Shown piece after piece: positions 53,571 to 62,819 of a stretch of 64,000 bases of DNA (positions within the stretch are counted from its first letter, which is position 1; the number at the start of each line of letters is the position of its first letter). Source of the stretch: Acutalibacteraceae bacterium (lineage in GTDB: Bacteria; Bacillota; Clostridia; Oscillospirales; Acutalibacteraceae). Location of the stretch: positions 2,191 through 66,190 of the forward strand of contig JAZUAC010000062.1 of the NCBI GenBank assembly GCA_045637775.1. The letters are read 5' to 3'. Below the pieces are notes generated by a model. That model saw only the letters and a program-made list of their open reading frames with translations, searched no databases and was not told the origin of the DNA. Made by a program: the position numbers and the translations under genes.

Positions 53571-54812
53571 GTGAGTAAGGTTCTGATAGTCGGTGGAGGT
53601 GCTGCAGGTCTTATGGCAGGCTATTCGGCGGCTATGATGGGTGCCGAGGTCACAGTGCTTGAACGCAATCCTCGACCTGCACGAAAGGTTATGATAACTG
53701 GTAAGGGTCGTTGCAATGTTACCAATGACACCGATGTAAACGGACTTGTCAATGCCGTCACGGGTAATGGTCGTTTTCTTTATTCGGCTTTCAGTAACTT
53801 CACTTCGGAAGACACCAAAAACTTTTTTGAAAACCACGGTGTTGCCCTTAAAACCGAGCGTGGCAACCGTGTTTTCCCTGAAAGTGATAAGGCGGTCGAC
53901 ATTGTCGATGCTTTGGTTAATGCCGCAAAAGAGGTAGGCGTGAGGATAATTCAAGAACGCGTTACCGAGCTTGTGACCTCAAAAGGTGCTGTCGGTGGTG
54001 TTAAATGCGAAAGCGGTAATGTCTATTTTGCCGATTCGGTGATTATTGCTACGGGGGGTCTTTCCTATCCTTTGACGGGGTCTACGGGTGATGGTTACGA
54101 TTTGGCAAAATCGGTGGGACATACTGTGACCGAGCTTCGTCCGTCGTTGGTTGCCGTCAATGTGTTAGAGGGCTGGTGTTCCGATGTTCAGGGGTTAAGC
54201 CTTAAAAATATCAAGGTTACGGTTACTAAAAACGGCGGGTCTAAACCGATATACGATGACTTCGGTGAATTGATGTTCACTCACTACGGCTTGTCGGGTC
54301 CTGTTATTTTAAGTGCTTCGGCCTATACACCCGACCCTGAAAATAATGAGTACAAGGTGCATATCGACCTTAAACCTGCACTGTCAAGCGAAAAGTTGGA
54401 TGAACGCATCCGCCGTGATTTTGAAAAGAACCTGAATAAGGATTATATAAATTCTTTGGGTGAATTGTTGCCGAGAAAACTGATACCCGTTGTGGTAAAG
54501 TTATCGGGTATTGAGCCTTCTCAAAAGGTTAATCAGATAACCCGTGAGCAACGCGCCAAATTGGTCAGCGTTTTGAAAGACCTTAATTTAACGATAACCG
54601 GCTTCAGACCTATTGACGAGGCCATTATCACCAAGGGCGGTATCGCTTTGGGCGAGGTCAACCCCAAAACCATGGAGTCCAAGCTTGTAAACGGCTTGTA
54701 CTTTGCGGGTGAGGTCTTGGATGTCGATGCCTTTACGGGTGGATTCAATCTGCAGATAGCCTTTTCAACGGGATATTCGGCAGGCGAATCGGCAGGGAAC
54801 AGTTACTATTGA
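53571..54812 (+). CDS. HI0933/YhiN (BaiN-like) family FAD-dependent flavoprotein
   Basis: VLIVGGGAAGLMAG dinucleotide fold, ITGKGRCNVTN, and the C-terminal YFAGEVLDVDAFTGGFNLQIAFSTG. Start GTG 53571 after AGAGGTG. Confidence 0.85.
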   Translation: MSKVLIVGGGAAGLMAGYSAAMMGAEVTVLERNPRPARKVMITGKGRCNVTNDTDVNGLVNAVTGNGRFLYSAFSNFTSEDTKNFFENHGVALKTERGNRVFPESDKAVDIVDALVNAAKEVGVRIIQERVTELVTSKGAVGGVKCESGNVYFADSVIIATGGLSYPLTGSTGDGYDLAKSVGHTVTELRPSLVAVNVLEGWCSDVQGLSLKNIKVTVTKNGGSKPIYDDFGELMFTHYGLSGPVILSASAYTPDPENNEYKVHIDLKPALSSEKLDERIRRDFEKNLNKDYINSLGELLPRKLIPVVVKLSGIEPSQKVNQITREQRAKLVSVLKDLNLTITGFRPIDEAIITKGGIALGEVNPKTMESKLVNGLYFAGEVLDVDAFTGGFNLQIAFSTGYSAGESAGNSYY

Positions 54813-54855
54813 TCTGTGAGCAACAGTGTGAAATTCATCAAAAGAGGTGGCTGTT

Positions 54856-55281
54856 ATGAAAAGAGCTTTTTCAATTCTAATGATAGTGATTATGCTTTTT
54901 GCCATCTCGGGCTGTACTTTATCCGATGATTCCGTAGCAACCTTAAAACGGTATAATGCTGAAGACTATCTTATTGTCGAAGTGTCCGATTGGGAATTGC
55001 ATAAAGAAAAATTTGAAGGTCTTCCTACAGCAACGCACTACGTTACCGTTAGTCTGTCGGTGAAAAGTAAGGTCGAGGCCGAATATTCCAACGCCAAGCT
55101 GACTTTGAAGGTGTTCGTTTTGGAGGGCAAATCAACCTTTACCAACGAACAACAATATGAGCTTTCCGAAAGAGGAGAGTATTTCGGCGAGGTTAAGATT
55201 CTCGTTCGGTCGGGTGTTTTTGACGCACAAAGATGCTATGTTAAAGTGATGGGTGCTGAAGGAACAGTTAAACTGAAATAA
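54856..55281 (+). CDS. Small lipoprotein, unknown function
   Basis: MKRAFSILMIVIMLFAISGC lipobox, GAGGTGG RBS. Confidence 0.6.
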   Translation: MKRAFSILMIVIMLFAISGCTLSDDSVATLKRYNAEDYLIVEVSDWELHKEKFEGLPTATHYVTVSLSVKSKVEAEYSNAKLTLKVFVLEGKSTFTNEQQYELSERGEYFGEVKILVRSGVFDAQRCYVKVMGAEGTVKLK

Positions 55282-55318
55282 TTGCTTTTATAAATAAAAT
55301 TTACAAGGGGAACAATTT

Positions 55319-55999
55319 ATGAATAACACCGTAGCGGTTGCCATTGACGGTCCTGCAGGTGCAGGCAAAAGCACCATTGCACGCCGTTTGGCAAAGAGTA
55401 TGAACTATATATATGTTGACACGGGTGCATTGTATCGCACCGTTGCGTTGAGCATTATGCAAAACGGCGTGGATTCGGATGATACTAAGGCTGTCACCGA
55501 GCATATAAACGGCATAAAGGTAGATATAATGTATAAGGGTGATGAGCAACGAGTTTTGCTCGACGGAAACGATGTTTCCGAGCTTATCAGAACACCCGAG
55601 GTTTCGATGATGGCTTCCAAAACCTCGGCCATCCCAGAAGTTAGAGCATTTTTGTTGGGATTGCAGAGAAAATTGGCCGATGAGCACAATGTCGTTATGG
55701 ACGGTCGAGATATTGCCACCGTCGTTCTACCCGATGCAAAGGTTAAGATTTTTCTCACGGCATCGGCCACAGTGCGTGCAAAAAGGCGTTATGATGAGCT
55801 TATAGCCAAGGGTGAAGCCGTTGAGTTCGAGGATGTTTTGAGTGACCTTATCAAACGCGACGAGCAGGACATGAATCGAGCCGTAGCACCTTTGAAGCCT
55901 TCGGAGCAGTCGGTTATAGTCGATACATCCGACCTTGATTTGGAGGGTGCTGTCAACGCCATGCGCCAAGTCGTCGAAAGTAGTCTTTTGGGAGAGTAA
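55319..55999 (+). CDS. cmk: Cytidylate kinase
   Basis: VAIDGPAGAGKSTIARRLA P-loop, then YVDTGALYR...GRDI. Confidence 0.93.
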   Translation: MNNTVAVAIDGPAGAGKSTIARRLAKSMNYIYVDTGALYRTVALSIMQNGVDSDDTKAVTEHINGIKVDIMYKGDEQRVLLDGNDVSELIRTPEVSMMASKTSAIPEVRAFLLGLQRKLADEHNVVMDGRDIATVVLPDAKVKIFLTASATVRAKRRYDELIAKGEAVEFEDVLSDLIKRDEQDMNRAVAPLKPSEQSVIVDTSDLDLEGAVNAMRQVVESSLLGE

Positions 56000-56003
56000 T
56001 TTA

Positions 56004-57998
56004 ATGAAATTTATATTGGCTGAAACCGCAGGTTTTTGCTTTGGTGTCGACCGTGCCGTTAAAATGGTTGAGGGTCTGCTTGCCGAGGGCAAAAAGGTTG
56101 CAACCTTGGGACCTATTATCCATAATCCACAGTTAGTTGAGGATTTGGGACGTAGGGGCACCAGAATAGTCGAAAGTCCCGATGAGGTTTTGGAAAACGA
56201 GGTTTTGGTGTTAAGATCTCACGGTGTTGCAAAAAGTGTTATCGAAAAGGCCGACGGGTTGGGACTGACCGTTGCCGATGCAACCTGTCCCTTTGTTGCC
56301 AAGATTCATAAGCTGGTTGCCGAGGCAGGACAGGCAGGAAGAACGGTTTTGATAGCAGGTGACCGTGAGCATAAAGAGGTTGAGGGTATTATTGGTCACT
56401 GCACGGGCGCGTTTTTCACCTTTAACAGTGTTGAAGATTTGGAAAAATTGCAAGAAAACGGTCAAATTTCGGATGACGAACCGCTTTCGGTTGTCTCGCA
56501 AACCACATTTAATCAAGAATTGTGGAAAAAATGTCAAAAAATTTTAAAAAAACACTATACAAATGCAATTATATTTGATACAATATGTAATGCTACCTCA
56601 AAAAGGCAGGAGGAGGCTTGCGATTTAGCATCGCGTTGCGATGTGATGGTCGTGGTCGGTGGCAAGCACAGTTCCAACACATGTAAGCTTCGTGAAGTTT
56701 GCGAAGGTGCCTGTAAAAGAACGGTGCATGTTGAAACCGCAGATGAGCTTGACCGAAAAGTTTTCAAGCCTTGTGACCTTGTTGGGGTTGTGGCCGGTGC
56801 ATCGACACCGTCCGGTATAATAAAGGAGGTTCTAAAAACCATGCAAGAAATGCAGAACCCTGCAGTGCAGGAAACAATCAACGATGAAATGACTTTCGAG
56901 GAGATGCTTAAGGCAACCGAAAGCAGTTCAAATACAGATCAGAAGGTTAAGGGTATCGTACTCGCTGTTAGTCCGACCGAGATTCAGGTTGACATCGGCA
57001 GAAAACACACCGGCTATGTTACCGAAGCTGAGTTCTCCAACGACCCCAGCGTAAAGCTTACTGAAGCTGTAAAGGTCGGCGATGAGCTCGATCTTATCAT
57101 CATGCGTACAAACGACCAGGAAGGCACCGTAATGCTTTCCAAGAAGCGTTTCGACGCTATCGCAGGTTGGGACAAGGTACTTACCGCAAAAGAGAACAAT
57201 GAGGTTATCGATTCTATCGTTGCCGATGTTGTTAAGGGCGGCGTAGTTGCTTTCTATGAGGGCATCAGAGTATTCATCCCCGCTTCGCAGGCAACCCTTT
57301 CCAAGAGTGATGACCTTGAGGCTATGAAGGGTCAGCCCATTTCCTTCCGTATTATCGAGATCGGTCAGCGCCGCCGTGTAATCGGTTCGGCAAAGGCTCT
57401 TCTCCGCGAGCAGAAAAACGCAGCTCAGGAGCAGTTCTGGTCTTCTGTTGCAGTTGGCGACAGATTCACCGGTACCGTTAAGTCCATCACCGGCTACGGC
57501 GCATTCGTAGACCTCGGCGGTGTTGACGGTATGGTTCACATTTCCGAGCTTTCTTGGGAGCGCATCAAGCATCCTTCCGAGGTTGTTAAGGTTGGCGATA
57601 CTCTCGACGTTTATGTCAAGGCTATCGACGAGGAAAAGAAGAAGATTTCTCTCGGTCACAAGAAGGCTGACGAGAATCCCTGGGAGATCTTCAAGGCAAA
57701 GTATGCTGTTGAGGATGTTGTTACCGTTAAGATCGTAAGCATGACCACCTATGGTGCATTTGCAAGAATCATTTCGGGTGTTGACGGTCTTATCCACATT
57801 TCGCAGATCGCAGACCGTAGAATTGAAAAGCCCGCCGATGAACTTAAGGTTGGCCAGGAGGTCGACGCAAAGATTATCGACATCGACCTTGACAAGAAGC
57901 GTGTAAGCCTTTCCATTCGCGCTTTGATCGAGAAGACCGAGGCAGTTGAAGAGACCGCTGAGGAAGCAACCGAGACTGTTGAGGCAGTTGAGGAATAA
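56004..57998 (+). CDS. ispH: Bifunctional 4-hydroxy-3-methylbut-2-enyl diphosphate reductase / ribosomal protein S1 fusion
   Basis: The N-terminal ~280 aa are IspH (GFCFGVDRAV, three Cys ligand regions). The C-terminal ~380 aa are four S1 (OB) repeats (GTVKSITGYGAFVDLGGVDGMVHISE...). Start ATG 56004. Confidence 0.9.
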   Translation: MKFILAETAGFCFGVDRAVKMVEGLLAEGKKVATLGPIIHNPQLVEDLGRRGTRIVESPDEVLENEVLVLRSHGVAKSVIEKADGLGLTVADATCPFVAKIHKLVAEAGQAGRTVLIAGDREHKEVEGIIGHCTGAFFTFNSVEDLEKLQENGQISDDEPLSVVSQTTFNQELWKKCQKILKKHYTNAIIFDTICNATSKRQEEACDLASRCDVMVVVGGKHSSNTCKLREVCEGACKRTVHVETADELDRKVFKPCDLVGVVAGASTPSGIIKEVLKTMQEMQNPAVQETINDEMTFEEMLKATESSSNTDQKVKGIVLAVSPTEIQVDIGRKHTGYVTEAEFSNDPSVKLTEAVKVGDELDLIIMRTNDQEGTVMLSKKRFDAIAGWDKVLTAKENNEVIDSIVADVVKGGVVAFYEGIRVFIPASQATLSKSDDLEAMKGQPISFRIIEIGQRRRVIGSAKALLREQKNAAQEQFWSSVAVGDRFTGTVKSITGYGAFVDLGGVDGMVHISELSWERIKHPSEVVKVGDTLDVYVKAIDEEKKKISLGHKKADENPWEIFKAKYAVEDVVTVKIVSMTTYGAFARIISGVDGLIHISQIADRRIEKPADELKVGQEVDAKIIDIDLDKKRVSLSIRALIEKTEAVEETAEEATETVEAVEE

Positions 57999-58010
57999 TT
58001 AAGGCTTTTG

Positions 58011-58075
58011 AGGGTAAGCGCATCGTCTCTGCCGTTTGGCAGAGATGGGTTCGTTTACCCTTTTATCATTATTTT
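58011..58075 (+). terminator. Long-hairpin intrinsic terminator after ispH-S1
   Basis: Outer stem AGGGTAAGCG/CGTTTACCCT, inner stem TCTCTGCC-gttt-GGCAGAGA, then TTTTATCATTATTTT. Confidence 0.7.
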
Positions 58076-58090
58076 GTTAAACGAGGTGAC

Positions 58091-58843
58091 ATGATGCAAA
58101 GCAACTTCAAAGCTGCAAGAAAAATTGTCGGCATGGCACTTTTTACAAGCTTTCTTTGCATATTTATCCAATTTTCGTTCCATTTCATGCTCAAAAGCTT
58201 TTCTACCGAGGTCACAGGATATGATGTGTATTATGCAACCGAGGAGAACCAAAAGGGCGATTACAAGGGTTGGATAGAAAAGAGCGAACTCCCGGAAGAA
58301 CGGGAAGAAGGCATGAATTATGTTTCCACATTTTCCGAAATGCCCGATAGCGTTAAGGTTGTTGAGAAGGTTTTAGGCACTATATGCAGTTTGGGTGTGC
58401 TTTTCTGCACTGTGGGTACTGTGTTGGCAAATGTTGCCGCTAAAGACCGTAATGACTGTGATTTCAACGGTGCGGAGCATGACAAGAAAAAGGGACTTGT
58501 AATCGGTTTGATGGCTGCAGTACCTGCTTTTGTTTTGTACTTAGCAACAGTTGTTTTAAGATTTTTCCCGTCAAATAAAATTATAAATTGGTATTTTTGG
58601 TTCTACCGATTTATTATTATGGGTCCTGTAAAGCCTATCAATGATGCTATAACCTCGGCACAGACCGATTTGGCATCGGTACCTGCGTGGTTTATTGCTG
58701 TACAGGGTGTTTATTTGATTTTGTTTGTTGTTTTCTGTTATGCCATGTATTACATTTGTTATAACGAGGACTCTGTTATTGCTAAATTGCTGTACAAAAG
58801 CACCCGTAAGGATCAAAACGTCAGAAGGTTGGGTAGCCGATAA
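58091..58843 (+). CDS. Integral membrane protein, unknown function
   Basis: 250 aa with about 5 TM helices. Stop overlaps the start of the next gene (ATAATG). Confidence 0.55.
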   Translation: MMQSNFKAARKIVGMALFTSFLCIFIQFSFHFMLKSFSTEVTGYDVYYATEENQKGDYKGWIEKSELPEEREEGMNYVSTFSEMPDSVKVVEKVLGTICSLGVLFCTVGTVLANVAAKDRNDCDFNGAEHDKKKGLVIGLMAAVPAFVLYLATVVLRFFPSNKIINWYFWFYRFIIMGPVKPINDAITSAQTDLASVPAWFIAVQGVYLILFVVFCYAMYYICYNEDSVIAKLLYKSTRKDQNVRRLGSR

Positions 58844-59682
58844 TGGGATTGTTTCAAAAAAATTACGATAAACCCGGTAAGGGTGTATCTAAACACGAAC
58901 CTCAAAAACGTGGATTCTTCCGCTTTTTTGAGTTGTACATCCGCAATTTTTGGAAGTTGATTTCGGCACAGTTTTGGTTTTTGCTTTTGTGTTTGCCGAT
59001 TGTTACCAACGGCTTGGCACAAGTGGGTATGTCTTATGTTTGCCGTACCGCGTCGAGAGACAAACACTCTTTTGTTACATCCGATTTCTTTGATGCAATA
59101 AAGAAAAATTGGAAAAGAGCGTTGCCGTTAGGAATTATCAATACCTTGATTCTGGCCATTCTTGTTGCTGATGTTTATGTGCTTTATATCTTTTGGACGC
59201 AAGGCATCATAAATAAAACGTGGGCGGCAGTAGTCTTTGCAACAACTGCATTCTTCTTCACTGCTTTCAGTTTTGCCAAGTTCTATCAGTACACATTGAT
59301 GATAACCTTCGACTTCAAGTTGAAAACCCTTATTAAAAATTCGTGGTTGTTTGCAACACTTGGAATAAAGCACAATATCATTATTGCGTTGTCGTTGGCT
59401 TGTGTTTATTTCGGATGTATTTGGCTTATCGTTATCAATGCACAGGTTGGTATTATGATATCAACTGTTTTGCTCGTTTTCATTTTCCCGTCGTTTAGAG
59501 CGTTCCTTATTCAGTTTAATGTTTTCCCCGAGATTAAGAAGTATATCATCGACCCTTATTACGAGGAGCATCCCGATGAGGATATTGAAAAGCGTCGCGA
59601 CCTTGGATTGCTTGACGAGGAAAACGAGGATGCCGTGTTTGACGATCAGCCTCAAGGCCCGAGCTTGAAGCCCAGGTCATAA
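58843..59682 (+). CDS. YesL/DUF624 family membrane protein
   Basis: N-terminal pattern F..FFRFFELYIRNFWKLI...LLCLPIVT is typical of DUF624, with an acidic C-terminal tail. Confidence 0.65.
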   Translation: MGLFQKNYDKPGKGVSKHEPQKRGFFRFFELYIRNFWKLISAQFWFLLLCLPIVTNGLAQVGMSYVCRTASRDKHSFVTSDFFDAIKKNWKRALPLGIINTLILAILVADVYVLYIFWTQGIINKTWAAVVFATTAFFFTAFSFAKFYQYTLMITFDFKLKTLIKNSWLFATLGIKHNIIIALSLACVYFGCIWLIVINAQVGIMISTVLLVFIFPSFRAFLIQFNVFPEIKKYIIDPYYEEHPDEDIEKRRDLGLLDEENEDAVFDDQPQGPSLKPRS

Positions 59683-60951
59683 CACCTTTTCAATGTCAAA
59701 CATATTTTCAACCACTCGCCAATTCTGAAGGTAGAGCTGGTTTATCGTCCAATAACTCGCACCGCCCAAGGAAAAGTCGTTTATCAACTGTAGTCTTGCG
59801 GCGGTGCTTCGTGCGTTTTCAAACCACACAATGTGGTCAACGCCGTTTCGGGTGTACTCGTAAAACGGCGCTTTTGAGCGGTCGCTGAACTGAATCTCTG
59901 CACCAACCTCGTATGCTCGGTTAAGCGCCGCGTTTATCGAAAGAATTTCGGCAGGTCGACCCTCGCGGTAGGGCAGAGTCCAATCGTAGCCGTAATTTGG
60001 CATTCCCATAAGTATCTTTTGGGGCGGAATTTCGGTCACGGCATAGCTGAGAACCCGTCTGACCTCGTTATACGGTGCAACCGCCAACGGAGGTCCGTAA
60101 AGATAACCCCATTCATAGGTCATGATTATCACATTGTCGGCAACCTTGCCGTGAAAGGCATAGTCGTGCGCCTCATAAAGCGTGCCTTTTTGGGTGGCTG
60201 AAATTTTGGGTGCAATAGCGGTCGATAATCGTAATCCTCGATTGTCGAGTTGCTGTTTTAAAAGGGTCAAAAACTCGTTGTAGGCTTCGCGGTCTTGCGG
60301 GTAGAGGTACTCAAAATCAACATCAACACCCATGTAACCCTTTTGCAAGGCTTTGTTGATAACATTGTTTATCAGCGTTTGTCTTGTTGACTCATTGTTG
60401 AGCACGCTGTTTGTTATTTCGCTTCTAAAACCGCCACCTTCTTCGGTGTTGGTTATAACCATTATTGGTGCCACGCGGTTTTGCTTTGCAATGCGTATCA
60501 GATCGTCGTCGTTGATTGTGTTTAAAGATCCGTCGGACGACACACTGTAACTGAAAATGGCAAGATAGGTAATAAACGGTGCGGTTTGCCGCAAAACCTC
60601 ACGGTCGATGCTTGGGTATGCATATCCGTTGATTGTGACAGTGCGTTTTTGTGCCGTTTCGGGTATGTTTATCAATTGGTTCGGGTATATAGTGTAAGGT
60701 GCGCGGATATCGGGATTAGCACCCAATAAAGCGTCTAAAGTTATACCAAAGCTTGAAGCGATACTGTAAAGTGAATCGCCGCTTTGTACCGTGTAAACGG
60801 TGCCCTCAACGGGGATGAGCACATCCTGACCTACCACAAGTCGGTTTGGGTCAGAAAACCCGTTAAACCGCTCCAATTCAGCAACGGTCACGCCAAATTC
60901 TCTACCGATACTGTATAAAGTATCGCCCTGTTTTACTACATAAATTACCAT
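59677..60951 (-). CDS. LysM-LysM-GH18 peptidoglycan/cortex hydrolase (YaaH/SleL-like)
   Basis: Start ATG 60951 (AGGAG upstream). Two LysM repeats (YVVKQGDTLYSIGREFGVTVAELERFN and YTVQSGDSLYSIASSFGITLDALLGAN), then a GH18-type barrel (GVDVDFEYL). Confidence 0.85.
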   Translation of the reverse strand: MVIYVVKQGDTLYSIGREFGVTVAELERFNGFSDPNRLVVGQDVLIPVEGTVYTVQSGDSLYSIASSFGITLDALLGANPDIRAPYTIYPNQLINIPETAQKRTVTINGYAYPSIDREVLRQTAPFITYLAIFSYSVSSDGSLNTINDDDLIRIAKQNRVAPIMVITNTEEGGGFRSEITNSVLNNESTRQTLINNVINKALQKGYMGVDVDFEYLYPQDREAYNEFLTLLKQQLDNRGLRLSTAIAPKISATQKGTLYEAHDYAFHGKVADNVIIMTYEWGYLYGPPLAVAPYNEVRRVLSYAVTEIPPQKILMGMPNYGYDWTLPYREGRPAEILSINAALNRAYEVGAEIQFSDRSKAPFYEYTRNGVDHIVWFENARSTAARLQLINDFSLGGASYWTINQLYLQNWRVVENMFDIEKVL

Positions 60952-61013
60952 TCCGATCACTCCTTTGGAATATATGTATGCGAGAAATTTCGGAATGTTG
61001 ACGGAGGATATGT

Positions 61014-61718
61014 ATGAAACTTCCATTTGAAATAATAACTGACAACTGCAAGGAGTTTTGTACACTTGACGAAACGGCAATGAAACGTTTAGAAAAGTAT
61101 GCCGATTTGTTGGTTGAGTGGAACGAAAAAATCAACCTTACTGCAATTTTAGACCCCGAAGGCATTGCAGTTAAGCATTTTCTTGACAGTCTTATGATAT
61201 TCAAGTATGTAAACATCCCCGAAGGCGCATCGGTTATCGATATCGGCACAGGTGCAGGATTTCCTGGTGTTGTTATGAAGATAGCACGTCCCGATATAAA
61301 GCTGACGCTTATGGATTCTTTGCAAAAGCGAATTGCGTTTTTAGACACCTTGTGCAGTGAGTTGGGCTTGGATGTTGTTACCGTTCACTCGCGCGCCGAG
61401 GATATAAAGCCCGAACAACGTGAAGGCTATGATTTTGCGGTGGCACGTGCTGTTGCAAATATGCGTGTTTTGTCTGAATATTGCATGCCCTATGTCAAGG
61501 TGGGCGGCAGCTTTGTCGCCATGAAGGGTTCGACTGCGGCTGAGGAGGTCAAGGAGTCGAACAAGGCTATAACCACTCTTGGCGGCAAATTAGAGTCGCA
61601 AGACCTGTTCTCACTGCTTGAATTTGGTGGCAGAGGCATAATAAATGTTAAAAAGATTTCGCAAACTCCGACAAAGTACCCCAGAAACGCAGGAAAAATC
61701 TCAAAACAACCTTTATAA
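61014..61718 (+). CDS. rsmG: 16S rRNA (guanine527-N7)-methyltransferase
   Basis: NLTAI...HFLDSL...VIDIGTGAGFPGV..., the RsmG/GidB SAM-binding pattern. Confidence 0.92.
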   Translation: MKLPFEIITDNCKEFCTLDETAMKRLEKYADLLVEWNEKINLTAILDPEGIAVKHFLDSLMIFKYVNIPEGASVIDIGTGAGFPGVVMKIARPDIKLTLMDSLQKRIAFLDTLCSELGLDVVTVHSRAEDIKPEQREGYDFAVARAVANMRVLSEYCMPYVKVGGSFVAMKGSTAAEEVKESNKAITTLGGKLESQDLFSLLEFGGRGIINVKKISQTPTKYPRNAGKISKQPL

Positions 61719-61823
61719 AACCACGAAACGGGCAGAAAACTGTCCGTTTTTTTGTTACGCTTTTTCTTGATTTGTTTTCCAAAATATGGTAATATTTGCT
61801 TGCAGTCAAGAGGAGGTGCGGAC

Positions 61824-62660
61824 ATGCTGTTAGACCGAAAAAGACACGACCGTAGACTCATGAGTCTGTCACCGCAAAAAATAGTGCCGTCACCCTTTCA
61901 ACCGCGACGCGAGTTTGACTATTATGAGCTTTTGGAACTTTCGTCAAGCATTCAGAAGAATGGACTCATCCAACCCATGACGGTGCGAAAATTGGGCGAC
62001 CGATACGAGCTGATTTCGGGCGAGCGCAGGCTCAAAGCCAGCATCATGGCGGGACTCAAAACAGTGCCGTGCATTGTGGTCAAGGCAAGCGACCGCGAGT
62101 GCTCATTGATGTGCCTGATTGAGAACATTCAAAGAACCGACCTCAATTTCTTTGAAGAAGCCGACGGTATAAAACGGCTTATGGACGAGTTTTCCCTGTC
62201 ACAGTCCGAAACCGCAGAAAAGCTTTCCATGGCACAATCTACACTGTCTAATAAGCTTCGGCTTTTGAAATTAACTCGGGAACAGCGTGTGCGAATAATG
62301 GCGGGTAATCTTTGTGAACGCCACGCAAGAGCTATCATAAGACTGCCCGAGGAAAAACGTGATGAGGTTATAAACCGTTGTCTCGCCGAACAACTGTCTG
62401 TGTCCGAGACCGAAACGGTGGTAAACAATATTTTGGCGCCGATTGACAAGTTGAAAAGGCAAAGTCCAAAATGTTCGGTTGGTGATATCAAAATTTTCAC
62501 CAACAGCATAACAAAAATGATAGGTAGTATGCGTCGGTCGGGTGTTGAGGCTACATCGAAAAAGAGTGAGACCGATGAGTTTATCGAATATACCATAACT
62601 ATTCCCAAAAAGCCAAAGCGCGAAAGCGCACAGATAACGCTTTTTGACATGACGGTTTGA
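61824..62660 (+). CDS. ParB/Spo0J/Noc family DNA-binding protein
   Basis: Start ATG 61824 (GAGGAGG upstream). QPRREFD...GLIQPMTVRK...YELISGERRLKA is the ParB box, and ENIQRTDLNFFEEA...SQSETAEKLSMAQSTLSNKLRLL is the HTH. Confidence 0.85.
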   Translation: MLLDRKRHDRRLMSLSPQKIVPSPFQPRREFDYYELLELSSSIQKNGLIQPMTVRKLGDRYELISGERRLKASIMAGLKTVPCIVVKASDRECSLMCLIENIQRTDLNFFEEADGIKRLMDEFSLSQSETAEKLSMAQSTLSNKLRLLKLTREQRVRIMAGNLCERHARAIIRLPEEKRDEVINRCLAEQLSVSETETVVNNILAPIDKLKRQSPKCSVGDIKIFTNSITKMIGSMRRSGVEATSKKSETDEFIEYTITIPKKPKRESAQITLFDMTV

Positions 62661-62701
62661 CCGCCACATAAATTGCCCACCCATATTCATCCCCATACAA
62701 C

Positions 62702-62747
62702 GAGCCGCCGCTGTGCTGAAATTTCAGTACGGCGGCGGTTCGTATTT
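62702..62747 (+). terminator. Plus-strand-specific intrinsic terminator
   Basis: GAGCCGCCGCTGTGCTGAAA/TTTCAGTACGGCGGCGGTTC forms a ~18-bp stem. All three mismatches are G-U on the + RNA. The T tail is weak (GTATTT). Confidence 0.5.
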
Positions 62748-62761
62748 AAAACTAGAAATGT

Positions 62762-62790
62762 TTGACTTGAAGAAAATTTGAGTGTATAAT
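62762..62790 (+). promoter_or_regulatory. Near-consensus sigma-A promoter TTGACT-17-TATAAT
   Basis: -35 at 62762-62767, -10 at 62785-62790, 30 nt upstream of ATG 62820. Confidence 0.65.
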
Positions 62791-62819
62791 ATTTTTGAGT
62801 AAATTTAAGTAGGTGAAGT

